A stretch of DNA of 64,000 bases from Eledone cirrhosa (lineage: Eukaryota). This document shows, in pieces, positions 39,242-51,523 of the stretch (its first letter is position 1; each line of letters starts with the position of its first letter). Made by a program: the position numbers and the translations under genes. The DNA is taken from positions 31,868,001-31,932,000 of the forward strand of contig OZ024745.1 in the NCBI GenBank assembly GCA_964016885.1, in the 5' to 3' direction. The notes beneath the pieces are model-generated. The model ran no database searches. It had not been told where the DNA came from and saw only the letters and a list, made by a program, of their open reading frames with translations.

Positions 39242-40039
39242 TAGAAGGGGTATTTAATTTGTTGGAAGTCCGACAAAATATAAATGTTTATTAACTAATT
39301 CAACAGTTTACTGGAGTAAATATTCAATGATATTAAATAAATGGAAACTATATTTATAAAACCATATTTATTCTATTATATATATTTGAAGGGTACCCTT
39401 GTATATATATATATATATATATAAATATATATCTTTAAGTCGTTTGAAAGCCTCGACAATGCGAATGGGTAAATCTCCGGGTAACAAGATCCGGTGGTGG
39501 AGAGAGAGATGTAAGTGGGTGTACGTTGAGATGCGTGGTGTGTATAAGATATATATATATATATATAATTGGAAAATAGTAACATCGAATCTCTGGCGGT
39601 TTGCAAGTAAATTCGGCCTACTTACATGAAATGATGAGTTAGCAAAGCACTCGATAAGTTGGGGCCTTAGAGTAATAACATACGTTTAAATAGCTTGACA
39701 AATCGAACATTGTGGTAGGCGAATCTAACACACAATATATACCAAAGTAACGATAGAACTAACCGTTACTTTGGTATATATTGTGTGTTAGATTCGTCTA
39801 ACACAATGTTCGATTTGTCAAGCTATTTAAACGTATATATATATATATGAAAAAATGGGGAGAAGAATACTGCACATAGATAACATAGATAACATGTTAT
39901 AAAATGAGTCACTCATCAGTGATTTGCCAACGATCATAGATATTTCATTGCATTAAAAATCATATACCTCACGTTGGTGCAATAATAACTAAATTAAGTT
40001 ATTAGGACAATTAAAACGCGTAAAGCGAGTGAGACAAGT

Positions 40040-40109
<70 letters not shown>

Positions 40110-40688
40110 CTGTATGTCTTTGTGTGTGCGCGTATATATGTGTGTGTATGGGGCGTTATTTCGATGACCTATATACGAGCGAATGATATATAAAATTTCA
40201 AAGCCAGTCAGAACTCTTCAAACAAATCTTTTCTGAACATTCTTTTACATTGAACAGTAAACACTCCTTTGTCACTGGGTGAAACAAAACTGGAAAACCT
40301 CCATGACTCATTTAACCAGCAATAACAATATAGCAATTGTAATGAAATACGTAATAGAATAACTCCTATTTATGCCAGTAATATAGGTTGTAAATAATAT
40401 ATCAACATTGTAACTTAACATGACATGTGTAATGACATACATTCTACTCACAAGCGCATACCCACACACATACACACATACACACAGACATACACATACG
40501 CACGTACATACACATACAAACGTACATCGACATATATACACATACACCTACAAACGTACATATACACACACATACAAACATACATACACATACACACACG
40601 ATCACATTTTTCAGTTATATATTGAGTAAATGTTTTTTTGCTTTTTTTATCAAATTAAAAGTGTTTGCTTTTCAAATGGAAACCTGCA

Positions 40689-41280
40689 CTATGAGACCTT
40701 CCTTCTATTTTTCTCTAACGCTTCAACTTTGCTAAACCCTATCGAAATTACTCTAATCTCTCTTTTGAGAGCTTCTTTGCTACACCCTATCGAAATTACT
40801 TTAATCTCTCTTTTGAGAGCCTCACCACCACCTGTTGTTGACGACCTCCCTGTCAACTTTTGCTTAATTAAATTGTTGACTCCGTCCCTGTAAGCCTTCC
40901 GTGCCGGAAACGACATCTTCAGCTTCCAGTAACCAAGTCCTAACCTACGGAACATATCTAGGTCGACCATGCAGATCCCAAACTTGTGATCTGAATGGTC
41001 GACCGTTTTAAAACGTGGACAGAGTACACTATTTCTATCTATTTTCCTAATGAAAATCCTGTCTATATACGATCTAGATAACTCTATGCGGTTGATCCAG
41101 GTCCACACTGGCGCATTAAGGAAATCTAGTCGGTACCTGTCAGACAGTTGGAACTGGCTGATCAGATACTTGAGGCTTTTGCACCCCTCGCTCCTGTCAG
41201 CTACTCCCACACAATCCCAGCGTACGTCTGATGCCGTTCCAGTCCTCCGTATAAAGTAAATGGTGAGACGGGGTTTCCCT
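40689..41280 (-). pseudogene. L1/Tx1-like AP-endonuclease fragment
   Basis: WTW...SYIDRIFI...SDHK...GYWKL motifs; 48-bp tandem duplication at ~40735-40822. Confidence 0.7.
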
Positions 41281-41359
41281 GAGGCTCGGCCTCTGGATTT
41301 GCGAACCACACAAATATCGCTGCGGATCCACCGTAGACTCTTTCGGCCTCCACCCGTTG

Positions 41360-41830
41360 TCCTGTTGCGACAGTGCCGACCGCCTTCCACGTCATGCTGC
41401 TCTCAACGAGATCATAAAGCATGGCTTGGATGCTGCAGGCTTCCCCTCCCAGCTCGAGCCGACGGGGCTGGACCAAGGAGACGGCAAAAGGCTAGATGGC
41501 ATGACCATCTTCCGCGGTGGTAAACCCCTCATCAGGGATGTCACATGCAGCGACACTTTCTCCAGTCTGCGGCACTTCGGGCCGAGGAGGGTAAACTCTC
41601 CAAATATTGGTCACTCTCCGATAGGTTTACAGTCGAGACAGTATCAGTAGAGACTTCTGGTGTCCTTTGCCCTAGGGCCACCTCCTTACTCACCACTATC
41701 AGCGCGGAGTTGGCTACCCGAAGGTGTGAGCCTCGCGAGTTGGAATGGCTGTTCCAGCTCATCTCCCTCACCATCCGTCGGAGAAACTCTTTCTCTATTC
41801 TGTCCGCCGGGGCGGCTAGCACGGTGAGCC
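41360..41830 (+). pseudogene. CRE-like non-LTR retrotransposon C-terminal restriction-like endonuclease fragment
   Basis: RHAALNEII...EPTGL...DGKRLDG...DVTCSDTF, then (after a frameshift) AEEGKLSKY...VETSG...ISLTIRRRN. Confidence 0.75.
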
Positions 41831-42526
41831 CCCATTTGCTCATAATATTGAGAGATGAGGAGAGCGGGAGAGACGGAGGCAGTGACAGTGGGAGTTTGGT
41901 TCCTTTGTGTTCGGACCTGGTGTATATATATATATATGTTTATTTACTGCACCACATCCTACACATGGACAGGATTCCAGTTTGAATAGTTTGGGTATTA
42001 TAAATAGAAACTGAATCTACTTCCTTTCAAATATTATCAGGAAAGAGCTGCTGTTATTCAATATCCTGTTAGTGACGTAAACAAACTTATTAGAAAGTTG
42101 CTTTGACGACAGTGAGAAGACTACACCTGCCACTTAATTCAGCAACAGCAGTCTACAAGCATGGATCCCTGTAAATACATTTTATTGGTTTATTTCTTTC
42201 TCAATTTATAATTTCAAAATACATTCAACTGTTAAGTAAATCATTATGTAAAATTACACACAGACAATTCAAAATATCCTTTATTACAGTTCATGAAATC
42301 GTTTCATTCTTAAAATGTTAATATGTTCTAAATACTTTGAGTTACTTAGTGGCAAATTCTAGAAATATTTCTGGAACGGTATATGTATGTATGGATGAAT
42401 GTATGGATGGATGGATGGGCGCATGTGTGTGTGCGTGTGTATATAAATACAATACTCATAACACACACACATATATATATACGTATATATATATACTTAA
42501 ATACATGCGTGTGTCTATATATATTA

Positions 42527-42596
<70 letters not shown>

Positions 42597-42812
42597 TATT
42601 GAAGTTTCCGTTGAAAATTGAAAAAGTCATGAGTGAAGAGTGCTCTATGTAAGTACCGGAACAAAATTTAATGTATAATAAACAATACAATATAATTACC
42701 TCATTAGCAGAGGTTTCCCGAATAAGACGAATACGAAAAAATACAAAAAACGTCCTCATTCGTTCGTCGGACAAGGTAATATAAAACATAGTGAAATATT
42801 TGGAAAGTCTCC

Positions 42813-43570
42813 GGCGATATCCAATTTTAGTGGACTAAATGCTGCTTACGTGCTGTAGTTGCTGTTTACTTCAATGTATGAGGCTATTCCAACAAATTTA
42901 CATTCCCTTTTTTTTAGCCGTTAAAAGAAATATAGATTTATTTATTGTTTTTTTTTTGCGATTTATTTGCCACTGGGGCATAGATTTCTTTATTTGCCTA
43001 ATTTTTGCCACGGGGGAAGTTTTTACAAAAATCAAGTACAAACATTTAACGAGTGATTAAAAAAGAATATAAAAAATTAAGTCCTCAATAGAGAGGCAGC
43101 TTTTTGGGGTCACGCACACCCCCGTAAAAAGTGTGCGACCTTTCTGCCAGGGAGCACAGAGAGAGGGGGGTGCTCCCTTCTTCTCTTACCTGTACAAGCC
43201 GATATAGAGAGATGGCCCACTTACACGGGCCATTATTGCTACTTTCACCAATCTTTCATGGAATTGGCAGGGACTGAGTGCCTTTCTCTCCACCTTGATC
43301 CTTCTTTCGAAGTGATATCGGAAGAAGAGGACCATTTGTTGGCCGGCGACATATCCCCCACAGATCGGCAATAATAAGAAACAAACAAACAAAAACGTGG
43401 CAAATAAAGAAATCTATGCCCCTGTGGCAAATAAATGGCAAAAAAAAAGAAAAGAAATCTATATTTCTTTTAACGGCTAAAAAAAATTTGTTGGAATAGC
43501 CTCATACATTGAAGTAAGCAGCAACTACAGCACGTAAGCAGCATTTAGTCCACTAAAATTGGATATCGCC
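42813..43570. mobile_element. Long-TIR MITE with an 8-bp TSD (Merlin-like; Mutator not excluded)
   Basis: TIR GGCGATATCCAATTTTAGTGGAC... of ~175-200 bp; TSD AAGTCTCC at 42805-42812 and 43571-43578. Confidence 0.85.
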
Positions 43571-43654
43571 AAGTCTCCTCAAGAAATGCAAAAAATATAT
43601 AAAAAATATAAGGAAATATAGTTAGGTGTGTGTATATGTATGTATATACACTCA

Positions 43655-43718
<64 letters not shown>

Positions 43719-45107
43719 GTATATATACATATACATATATATATATTCTACAAAAACACTCTGGCCACCTGTGGCTTGTATGTTAACTTGACCACTCACC
43801 TCAGTCTGTGCCATGATTCGGTCTTGTTAAATGTTTAATTTTTATTACCAACCCACCTAAAAAAATTTCCCTACTATATATCTGTTGAATTACTATTCTT
43901 GGGGTTTTTATTTATTTATTGTTTGATTTATTTTCTTTATTTATTTATTCATTTATCTATTTATTCATTTATTTATTTATTTACTTATTTATTTATTTCA
44001 AAAAAGCACTCTGGCTAATTGACCACTCCCCAAAGAAAAAACGGCCTGTGCCATGTTGTGGTCCTGTGTATCTAAATACCATCCTACCCCAAAAATGAAA
44101 GGTGAAAGGATAGACCAACACTGGGGGGAACTAAAAGGACGATAAAACGGGTCAGTACTATACGAACATGCTAGACAACAACATGACGGTAACATAGACA
44201 ACATAGAAATTAGAATAATATCTAAACATAGGAATGACCCAGCAGATAGGCAAATCAGAGAGGCCAGTGAAATAGAAATTAGAAGACCAAAGCTAAACAG
44301 AAAGAATGAGTGGAACAACAACAACACCCAAACAAACAACATTGACCTAAGAGAAGTATAAATAAGTAAATAAAATAAAATAAAATAAGATAAATAAATA
44401 CATACACAAGCACAATAACAACAAGCACATAAACACACACTAGTCACCCAGCAGACACAACACTATACACACTAGTCACACATCACACATAACACTATAC
44501 ACACACGCAAACGCATGCGCAAAGAAGACAAAATAAAATAAGATAAACAAACAAGCAAATAAATAAATAAATATATAGACAGACTGAATAAAAAAATGGC
44601 GTAGACATACAACACAACAGGAGAAACAATGAATATAACACCACTGACGATGTTGCAGATGTGCAACGAAAGATTTATGTAAATTATGTAAACTATATAT
44701 ATGTGTTTGTGCCTATATTGTATCTGTATTATTTTTGACCGCCGGTCAGTCAATGGCAACATTGAGGACCGAGTAAGTTAGATCGCAGATATAAAAGACA
44801 GCGAGAAGCGAAAACCAACAGTGAGTGTGTTCTGTTATTAATTCTGGCAATATTACGCAAATATAACCCTCCCCAAATATATCAATATCTGTTTCGACAC
44901 ACGATTTCATATAAAAAACCTCGCTAAACTAATATATATATATATATATACGTGGGAAAGTGAAAAATCGGAGAATAGACCGTTAAAACATGTTTATTTA
45001 AAATATCACCTACGTACGTTTCGCCCAGTTGGGCTTCTCAAATACTTGGCAAATAACTATATGTATCACCTATCCCTCCTTTTTTTCTCTCTTTCTCGAT
45101 ACGTAAA

Positions 45108-45174
<67 letters not shown>

Positions 45175-45567
45175 TATACATACGTATATATATATATATA
45201 TATATATACATACATACGTATATATATATATATATATATATATATGCAAAAGTTCTATTTAAAATTGTTGGGATACAACAAGTAAATATTTTTATAACTG
45301 ATATAAAGCACTCGACAAGTATTTGGAGTAGATATACGATATTAATAAATGGAAACTATATTTATAAAACCATATTTATTTCATTATACATATTTCAGGG
45401 ATACCAAATTAAATTATCGTATGCCTTCAGACAAAATACAATAATTGTCCTTAACATATGACTTATTAAAATAATATAAACAACTCACTATCCAGACGGC
45501 TTCCAAAAATAATGGTTGCATTTTAAAAGGGTACGTCAAAGCTTATTTGTAAAACTGTTATATATTG

Positions 45568-45632
45568 TATTTTGTCTGATGAAGGCATACCATAATTTAA
45601 TTTGGTATCCCTGAAATATGTATAATGAAATA
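45568..45632 (+). ncRNA. Type I hammerhead motif within fold-back 45334-45674
   Basis: TATTTTGT-CTGATGA-AGGCATACCA...TGGTATCCCT-GAAA-TATGTA-TA-ATGAAATA. Confidence 0.82.
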
Positions 45633-45671
45633 AATATGGTTTTATAAATATAGTTTCCATTTGTTAATATC

Positions 45672-45710
<39 letters not shown>

Positions 45711-46412
45711 GAAAGAAGAGTGACACGGTTTGCTATACAAAAAAGGTTTTTAATCTCATTGCTGAACTGGTAGGTCTAGAGATCGCTATCCGCTTATTTT
45801 CACGTTACTCGATCGCCAATACAAAGTTATGACCAGTCAGTTCATCGGAGCTTGTGAGAATGAAAAAAGCTCCGATGAACTTACCCACTCTACTACCCTA
45901 AGTATTGAGTACTTTGGTGCGTTATGGTCCACCTGGTTCCTTACCACATTTCCTTCGTTATATATGTATATATATTTCTCTGAACTGATAGGTCTAGAGA
46001 TCGCTACCCGCTTGTTTTCACGTCATTCGATCACCAATACATAGTTATAACCAGTCAATTCATCTCACAAGCTCCGATGAATTGACTGGTTATAACTATG
46101 TATTGGTGATCGAATGACGTGAAAACAAGCGGGTAGCGATCTCTAGACCTATCAGTTCAGAGAAAAATTGTCAGCAATGAGATTAAAAACCTTTTTTGTA
46201 TAGCAAACCGTGTCACTCTTCTTTCCTGATTTATCATTACTCCAAGTGTTTACAACAGAGGAATTACCGCGTACTCGCTGCATCGTTATGGAAACGCCTT
46301 GTTGAGTCAAACTTAGCCAAGCGTTGCTATCATCCACTACCCGGAGTACCCTAATTGGACTACACCTAAGTGGACTACCTACAACAATAATCTGTTACCC
46401 CGTATATATATA

Positions 46413-47426
46413 CTAGCAGAATGGCCCGGCGTTGCTCGGGATTTGCTATAGGGTTCTTATATATTTGATATATATTTATCCTTATCGAACCGCGTAAAAT
46501 AAATGCGTTTGTTTATATTTTGTTATTGTGTATGCAAAAATATCTGTACACGAATATCTATATTAAAATATCTATATTAAAATATCTGTCCATAAATATA
46601 TAATTATATATATATATATTAAAATAACAGACTAAAGTTTAAGCAAAGAATCACTGCTTTCACCCTTAACGGGATATTCTACCTAAAAGCAGTATGAAGT
46701 ACATACACTAAGACTAATTGATGTAATCTTTGGCCTTGTTTGTTTATATTTTGTTTTTGTGTATGCAAAAATATCTGTACACGAATATCTATATTAAAAT
46801 AACATATTAATGTTTAAGCAAAGAATCGCTTCTTTCAACCTTAACGGGATCTTCTTAAACTAAAAAAATCAATCTGGAAAACAGGAAGACGATACTTTGG
46901 TTCGTGAAGACGTTGCCTGGCATAAGAATATATACACACACACACACTGATCGCGTCATAATGACGTAATGCAGACAGTCAGGCATACAGACAGATATTA
47001 TGAAGGCGACGTCAGGGCGGTGAATTGGCAGTATCGGTAGAGGGTCGGACGCCATGCTTTGACGCATAGAGTTACGGCCCTTGCCATTCTGAGTTCAAAT
47101 CCCGCCGAGGTTAACTTTGCCTTTCATCCTTACGGGGTCGATAAAATAAAGTACCAGTAATGTACTGGGTAATTGCTGGCCTTGTGCCAAAAGTAGAAAC
47201 AATTATGAAGGCGACGTCATATCTATGTATCTATCTAAAAAGAGAAAGACTAAGAGAAAGAGAAAGAGATCGCTAAATCGTCTAATGCGGTCCCTAGGGC
47301 ATTGAAAATTTGAAATTTGTTTTGCTCAAAACACTTCCGGGGTCATACAAGTTACATGTATAAAGTTTGAAAAAAACCGGTTGGGTACTTCTCGAGTTTT
47401 AGGGAAACAGACACACAGACATCCTC

Positions 47427-47435
<9 letters not shown>
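46413..47435 (-). mobile_element. Non-autonomous Helitron with a nested SINE
   Basis: A|CTAG plus hairpin CCCGGCGTTGCTCGGG at the left; ACAGACACACAGAC...TTTTATATA at the right; internal diverged duplication. Confidence 0.8.
47015..47201 (+). mobile_element. tRNA-derived SINE with TSD
   Basis: Flanked by direct repeat ATTATGAAGGCGACGTCA (46997-47014, 47202-47219). Confidence 0.93.
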
Positions 47436-47471
<36 letters not shown>

Positions 47472-47596
47472 AAAGTTCTATTTAAATTGTTGGGATACAA
47501 CAAGCAAATATTATTATAACTGATATAAAGCACTCGACAAATATTTGGAGTAGATATACAATATTAATAAATGGAAACTATATTTATAAAACCATA

Positions 47597-47663
47597 TTTA
47601 TTTCATTATATATATTTCAAGGATACCAAGTTAAATCATGGTATGCCTTCATCAGACAAAATA
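47597..47663 (-). ncRNA. Type I hammerhead motif (same family as 45568)
   Basis: Reverse complement has CTGATGA-AGGCATACCA...TGGTATCCTT-GAAA-TATATA-TA. Confidence 0.78.
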
Positions 47664-47827
47664 CAATATATAACAGTTTTACAAATAGATATTGAGGTAC
47701 CCTTTCAAAAAGGTGACCGTTGTTTTTGGAGGCCATCCGGATGGCCTCCAAAAACAACAGTCACCTTTTTTAAAAACCTTTTTTGTATAGCAAACCATGT
47801 CAATCTTCTTTCCTGATTTATTATATA

Positions 47828-49908
47828 TCATCATCATCATCATCATCACCGTTTTACGTCCGTTCTTCCACGCTAGCATGGGTTAGACGGGTTGTCCTGT
47901 TGTGGGCAGTGTCTGGTCGGCTGACCATGCCTTGCTCATACAGGAACTGATCTGGCTTGATTTCTACAGCTGGATGCCCTTCCTAACACCAACCTCATTT
48001 ACAGTGAGTGCTGGGTGCTTTTTCGTGGCGCCTACACGTCCACTTTACAGTGTGGGCTGGGTGCTTTTTTGCCGTGGCACCTCCACGACCACCTTGCGGT
48101 GGGGGGGGGGGGCATATTGTTTATATGCTTCAGCATGTACCCATGGGAGGTCGGGTACCCTGTATTACTGCGTGACGCCAGAAGTCACGGTCGTGTGTCA
48201 TTGACTTTGAGAGGTGTAGTTGGGTAAGGTCGGCTTTTATCACCTCATCCCAAGTCATCTTGGGTCTCCCCACTCCGCGGTTTCCATCAACTTCTAGTGC
48301 TCTGCACCTTTTTATGCAGCTGTCATCCTTCATACGCATCACATGCCCATACCAGCGTAACCGCCTCTCCTGCACGCAGCATTTGATTCCTCTTATGCTC
48401 AGTCTCTCTCTCAATTCATTTATGCTTTGTCGTTCACGTATATTACTGTTACACATCCATCGGAGCATGCAGGCTTCGTTTCTCTCTAATCTACGTAAGT
48501 CTTCCACCTTCAGCGCCCAGGTCTCACTACCATGCAACATCGCTGTTCGGATACACGCATCATACAGTCTGCCTTTCATTCTGAGGGAGAAGCCTTTTGC
48601 AGCTAGCAGTGGTAGTAGTTCCCTAAACTTCTTCCATCCCGTTCTTACCCTAGTTATTGTACTTTCTGAGCACCCACCTCCGTTGCTAATTCGGTCACCT
48701 AGGTAGCAGAAGCTGTCTACTGTTTCTACAGGGCCCTCCCAGAGATTGGTGGTACTTGTTTCCTGTGGCTGTTTGCTTGCTGTTTCAGCACAGCTGCTGC
48801 ATGTGAATCCTACATTCTTAATTAAGCTTCCTGAGATCCCGCTACATCTCTTGTGTACCCATTGTTTGCATTTGGGGCAAAGAATGGAGTTCCTACCTAC
48901 ACCTTTCCTACATACTGAGCAAGGCCATTTCCCTGAGGGGATCTGGGTTCTGTTTTCTCGTCTACTTATAAGGACCTTAGTCTTTGTCATGTTGACTTTG
49001 AGGCCCTTTCTCTCTAGTCCCTGCTTCCAGGTTTGGAATTTATTCTCTAGTTCTACCATAGATTCAGCTATGAGTGCGAGGTCATCAGCATACAGGAGTT
49101 CCCATGGGCATCCGGTCTTAAACTCCTCCGTTATTGCCTGCAGGACTATGATGAACAGGAGAGGGCTAAGAACAGAGCCCTGGTGGACCCCAACCTGTAC
49201 GCTAAATTCCTCGCTATACTCATTGCCAATCCTAACTTTGCTGACTGCTCCCCTATACATGGCTTGTACCGCTTTCACAAGCCATTCATCTACTCCTAGT
49301 TTTCTAAGAGCCCACCAGATTACTGCACGTGGAACTCTGTCAAAGGCTTTCTCAAGGTCGACAAATGCCAAGTAGAGTGGCTTACTTTTAGCTAGGTACT
49401 TTTCCTGTAATTGCCTCACAAGGAAGAGCGCATCAGTGGTGCCTTTCCCTGGAACAAACCCAAATTGCATCTCGTCTATATTCACCCGGTCCCTAATCAG
49501 CTGTGCTATAACTCTTTCTGTTACTTTCATGACCTGGTCCATCAACTTTATACCTCTATAGTTTCCTCTATCTAGTGCATCGCCTTTACCTTTGTAGCAG
49601 TTGACAATGATGCTACTGCACCAATCTTTTGGTATGGCCCCCTCTAGTATTACCTGGTTAACGATACGTGTGGTTATAGTGTGACCTACAGACCCAGATG
49701 CCTTCAGCATCTCGGCAGCTATACCCGATGGACCGGTTGCCTTCCCTATCTTCATATCTCTGATTGCCTTACTTACTACGCTGCCGCTGACTTGTACTGC
49801 TGGTCCCTCTATAGGGTCTACGTGGGGTAGGGTCTCTTCTTCCCATGCATTCTCCTCATTTAGTAATCTAAGGGTCTCTTCTTCCCATGCATTCTCCTCA
49901 TTTAGTAA

Positions 49909-49912
<4 letters not shown>
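47828..49912 (-). mobile_element. 5'-truncated RTE-clade LINE with a (TGA)n tail
   Basis: Uninterrupted RT ORF, 3' UTR and (TGA)n tail at 47828-47848; 42-bp tandem duplication at the 5' end. Confidence 0.93.
48130..49755 (-). CDS. RTE reverse transcriptase (partial ORF) with an internal PHD-like Cys/His cluster
   Basis: NYRGI, QFGF, FVDLEKAFDRV, QGSVLSP, YADD, YLG, GSETW, LRWYGHVMRM; CSVC...CPKC..WVHKRC...CSSC. Confidence 0.93.
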   Translation of the reverse strand: MKIGKATGPSGIAAEMLKASGSVGHTITTRIVNQVILEGAIPKDWCSSIIVNCYKGKGDALDRGNYRGIKLMDQVMKVTERVIAQLIRDRVNIDEMQFGFVPGKGTTDALFLVRQLQEKYLAKSKPLYLAFVDLEKAFDRVPRAVIWWALRKLGVDEWLVKAVQAMYRGAVSKVRIGNEYSEEFSVQVGVHQGSVLSPLLFIIVLQAITEEFKTGCPWELLYADDLALIAESMVELENKFQTWKQGLERKGLKVNMTKTKVLISRRENRTQIPSGKWPCSVCRKGVGRNSILCPKCKQWVHKRCSGISGSLIKNVGFTCSSCAETASKQPQETSTTNLWEGPVETVDSFCYLGDRISNGGGCSESTITRVRTGWKKFRELLPLLAAKGFSLRMKGRLYDACIRTAMLHGSETWALKVEDLRRLERNEACMLRWMCNSNIRERQSINELRERLSIRGIKCCVQERRLRWYGHVMRMKDDSCIKRCRALEVDGNRGVGRPKMTWDEVIKADLTQLHLSKSMTHDRDFWRHAVIQGTRPPMGTC

Positions 49913-49969
<57 letters not shown>

Positions 49970-50297
49970 GGGGTAACAAATAATAGTTAAATGCAGTCCA
50001 CCTAGGTGGGGGGTCAGGGTCTCCTTAAATAATTTATTGATAGCATTGTTGTTATTGTTCTAATTGAATGCCATTACTACTTCATATAGTAGCCTGTATA
50101 TTCTTTTCTTGCCTGTGTATTTTCTTCATTCTCGCATGCTCCGAAGATCTGACTGGTTATAATTTTGTATTGGCGATCGAGTAACGCGAAAATAAGCGAA
50201 TAGCGATCTCTAGACCTACCAGCTCAGTGAAACAAATGTAAGCTATGTGATTAAACCTTTTTTGTATAGCAAACCATGTCAACCTTCTTTCCTGATT

Positions 50298-50328
<31 letters not shown>

Positions 50329-50461
50329 CACACCTATATATAAAAGTATATATATGTATATATATATATATGTAGGTATGTTATTCCGGGTTGAATCGGA
50401 GGTAACCACACTAAGTAAGGTACTCAATACATAGCAGAATATAAAAGTTTTAATATAGATG

Positions 50462-50512
50462 AGATTCTACAGGACTAGAACTGTTTCATTCTTTAGAAAT
50501 CATCAGGAATCT
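50462..50512 (-). ncRNA. Complete type I hammerhead ribozyme motif
   Basis: AGATTC-CTGATGA-TTTCTAAAGAAT-GAAA-CAG-TTCTAGTC-CTG-TA-GAATCT: 6-bp stem I, short stem II, stem III, GUA triplet. Confidence 0.82.
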
Positions 50513-50791
50513 GGGTATCAAAAAATAAATATGGTATTTATAGGCCTCTTCAGGTGGTAGGAGAGGGTAGGGAGTGGGATGGGTAGAGGTCATTGGTTGA
50601 TAGAAAAGGGAATTCATTAAAAGCTAATTCTTTAAAGCTATAATTAATATTTAGAGTAACAAAGGCAGAAAGAATTCTATAAACAAGTTCACAATGGGGT
50701 GCCACTCCTTATTTTTAAATTTCTCTTAAGCTATATTCCAAATATCAAGAGACACATTCACCCCCCCCCCCAACCACACACATATATACAT

Positions 50792-50825
<34 letters not shown>

Positions 50826-50843
50826 ATATACATACACACATAT

Positions 50844-50889
<46 letters not shown>

Positions 50890-51477
50890 TGTTATACTTT
50901 GGGAGGGTCATGTTGCCAATAAGAAACACACGCACCAGTTGCTTTCACTTCAATTTATTATAAATTAAATTTATAAATTTCCGGTTGGTTGGTTGGTTAC
51001 ACAACCAGACGATTGTTCATATATTGTCAAAGTTCTTTCGTCACACATTCTGTGACCTCTTCAGTGACTGGGGATTCTTTTCTTTGTTTTTGTGCCTCTC
51101 CTTTGTTCTGTCCTACGCCATCTTGTTTTTGTGTATGTTGTGTGCTTAGTTTGCGCATGTGTTACATCCGAGTGTCTGTGTGTGTTTATATTTGTTTATT
51201 TATTTGTTTATTTACATGTTACTGGTTGGTTGTTTGTTCTATGTGTGTGTGTGTTTTCATTTTGTCCTTAATTGTAAGTTGTGATGTTGCTATTCCATTC
51301 ATGCTTTCTATTTAATTTATAAATTCCTAAATTTATAAATTTAATTTATAATAAATTGAAGTGAAAGCAACTGGTGCGTGTGTTTCTTATTGGCAATATG
51401 ACCCTCCCAAAGTATAACAATATCGGTTTCAACACACGTTTTCAGATAAAGAATCTTGCTAAACAAATTCAGAAACG

Positions 51478-51521
<44 letters not shown>

Positions 51522-51523
<2 letters not shown>

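Noticed and set aside
48260-49375. Plus-strand ORFs of 148 and 209 aa
   Set aside because: Antisense shadows of the RTE ORF
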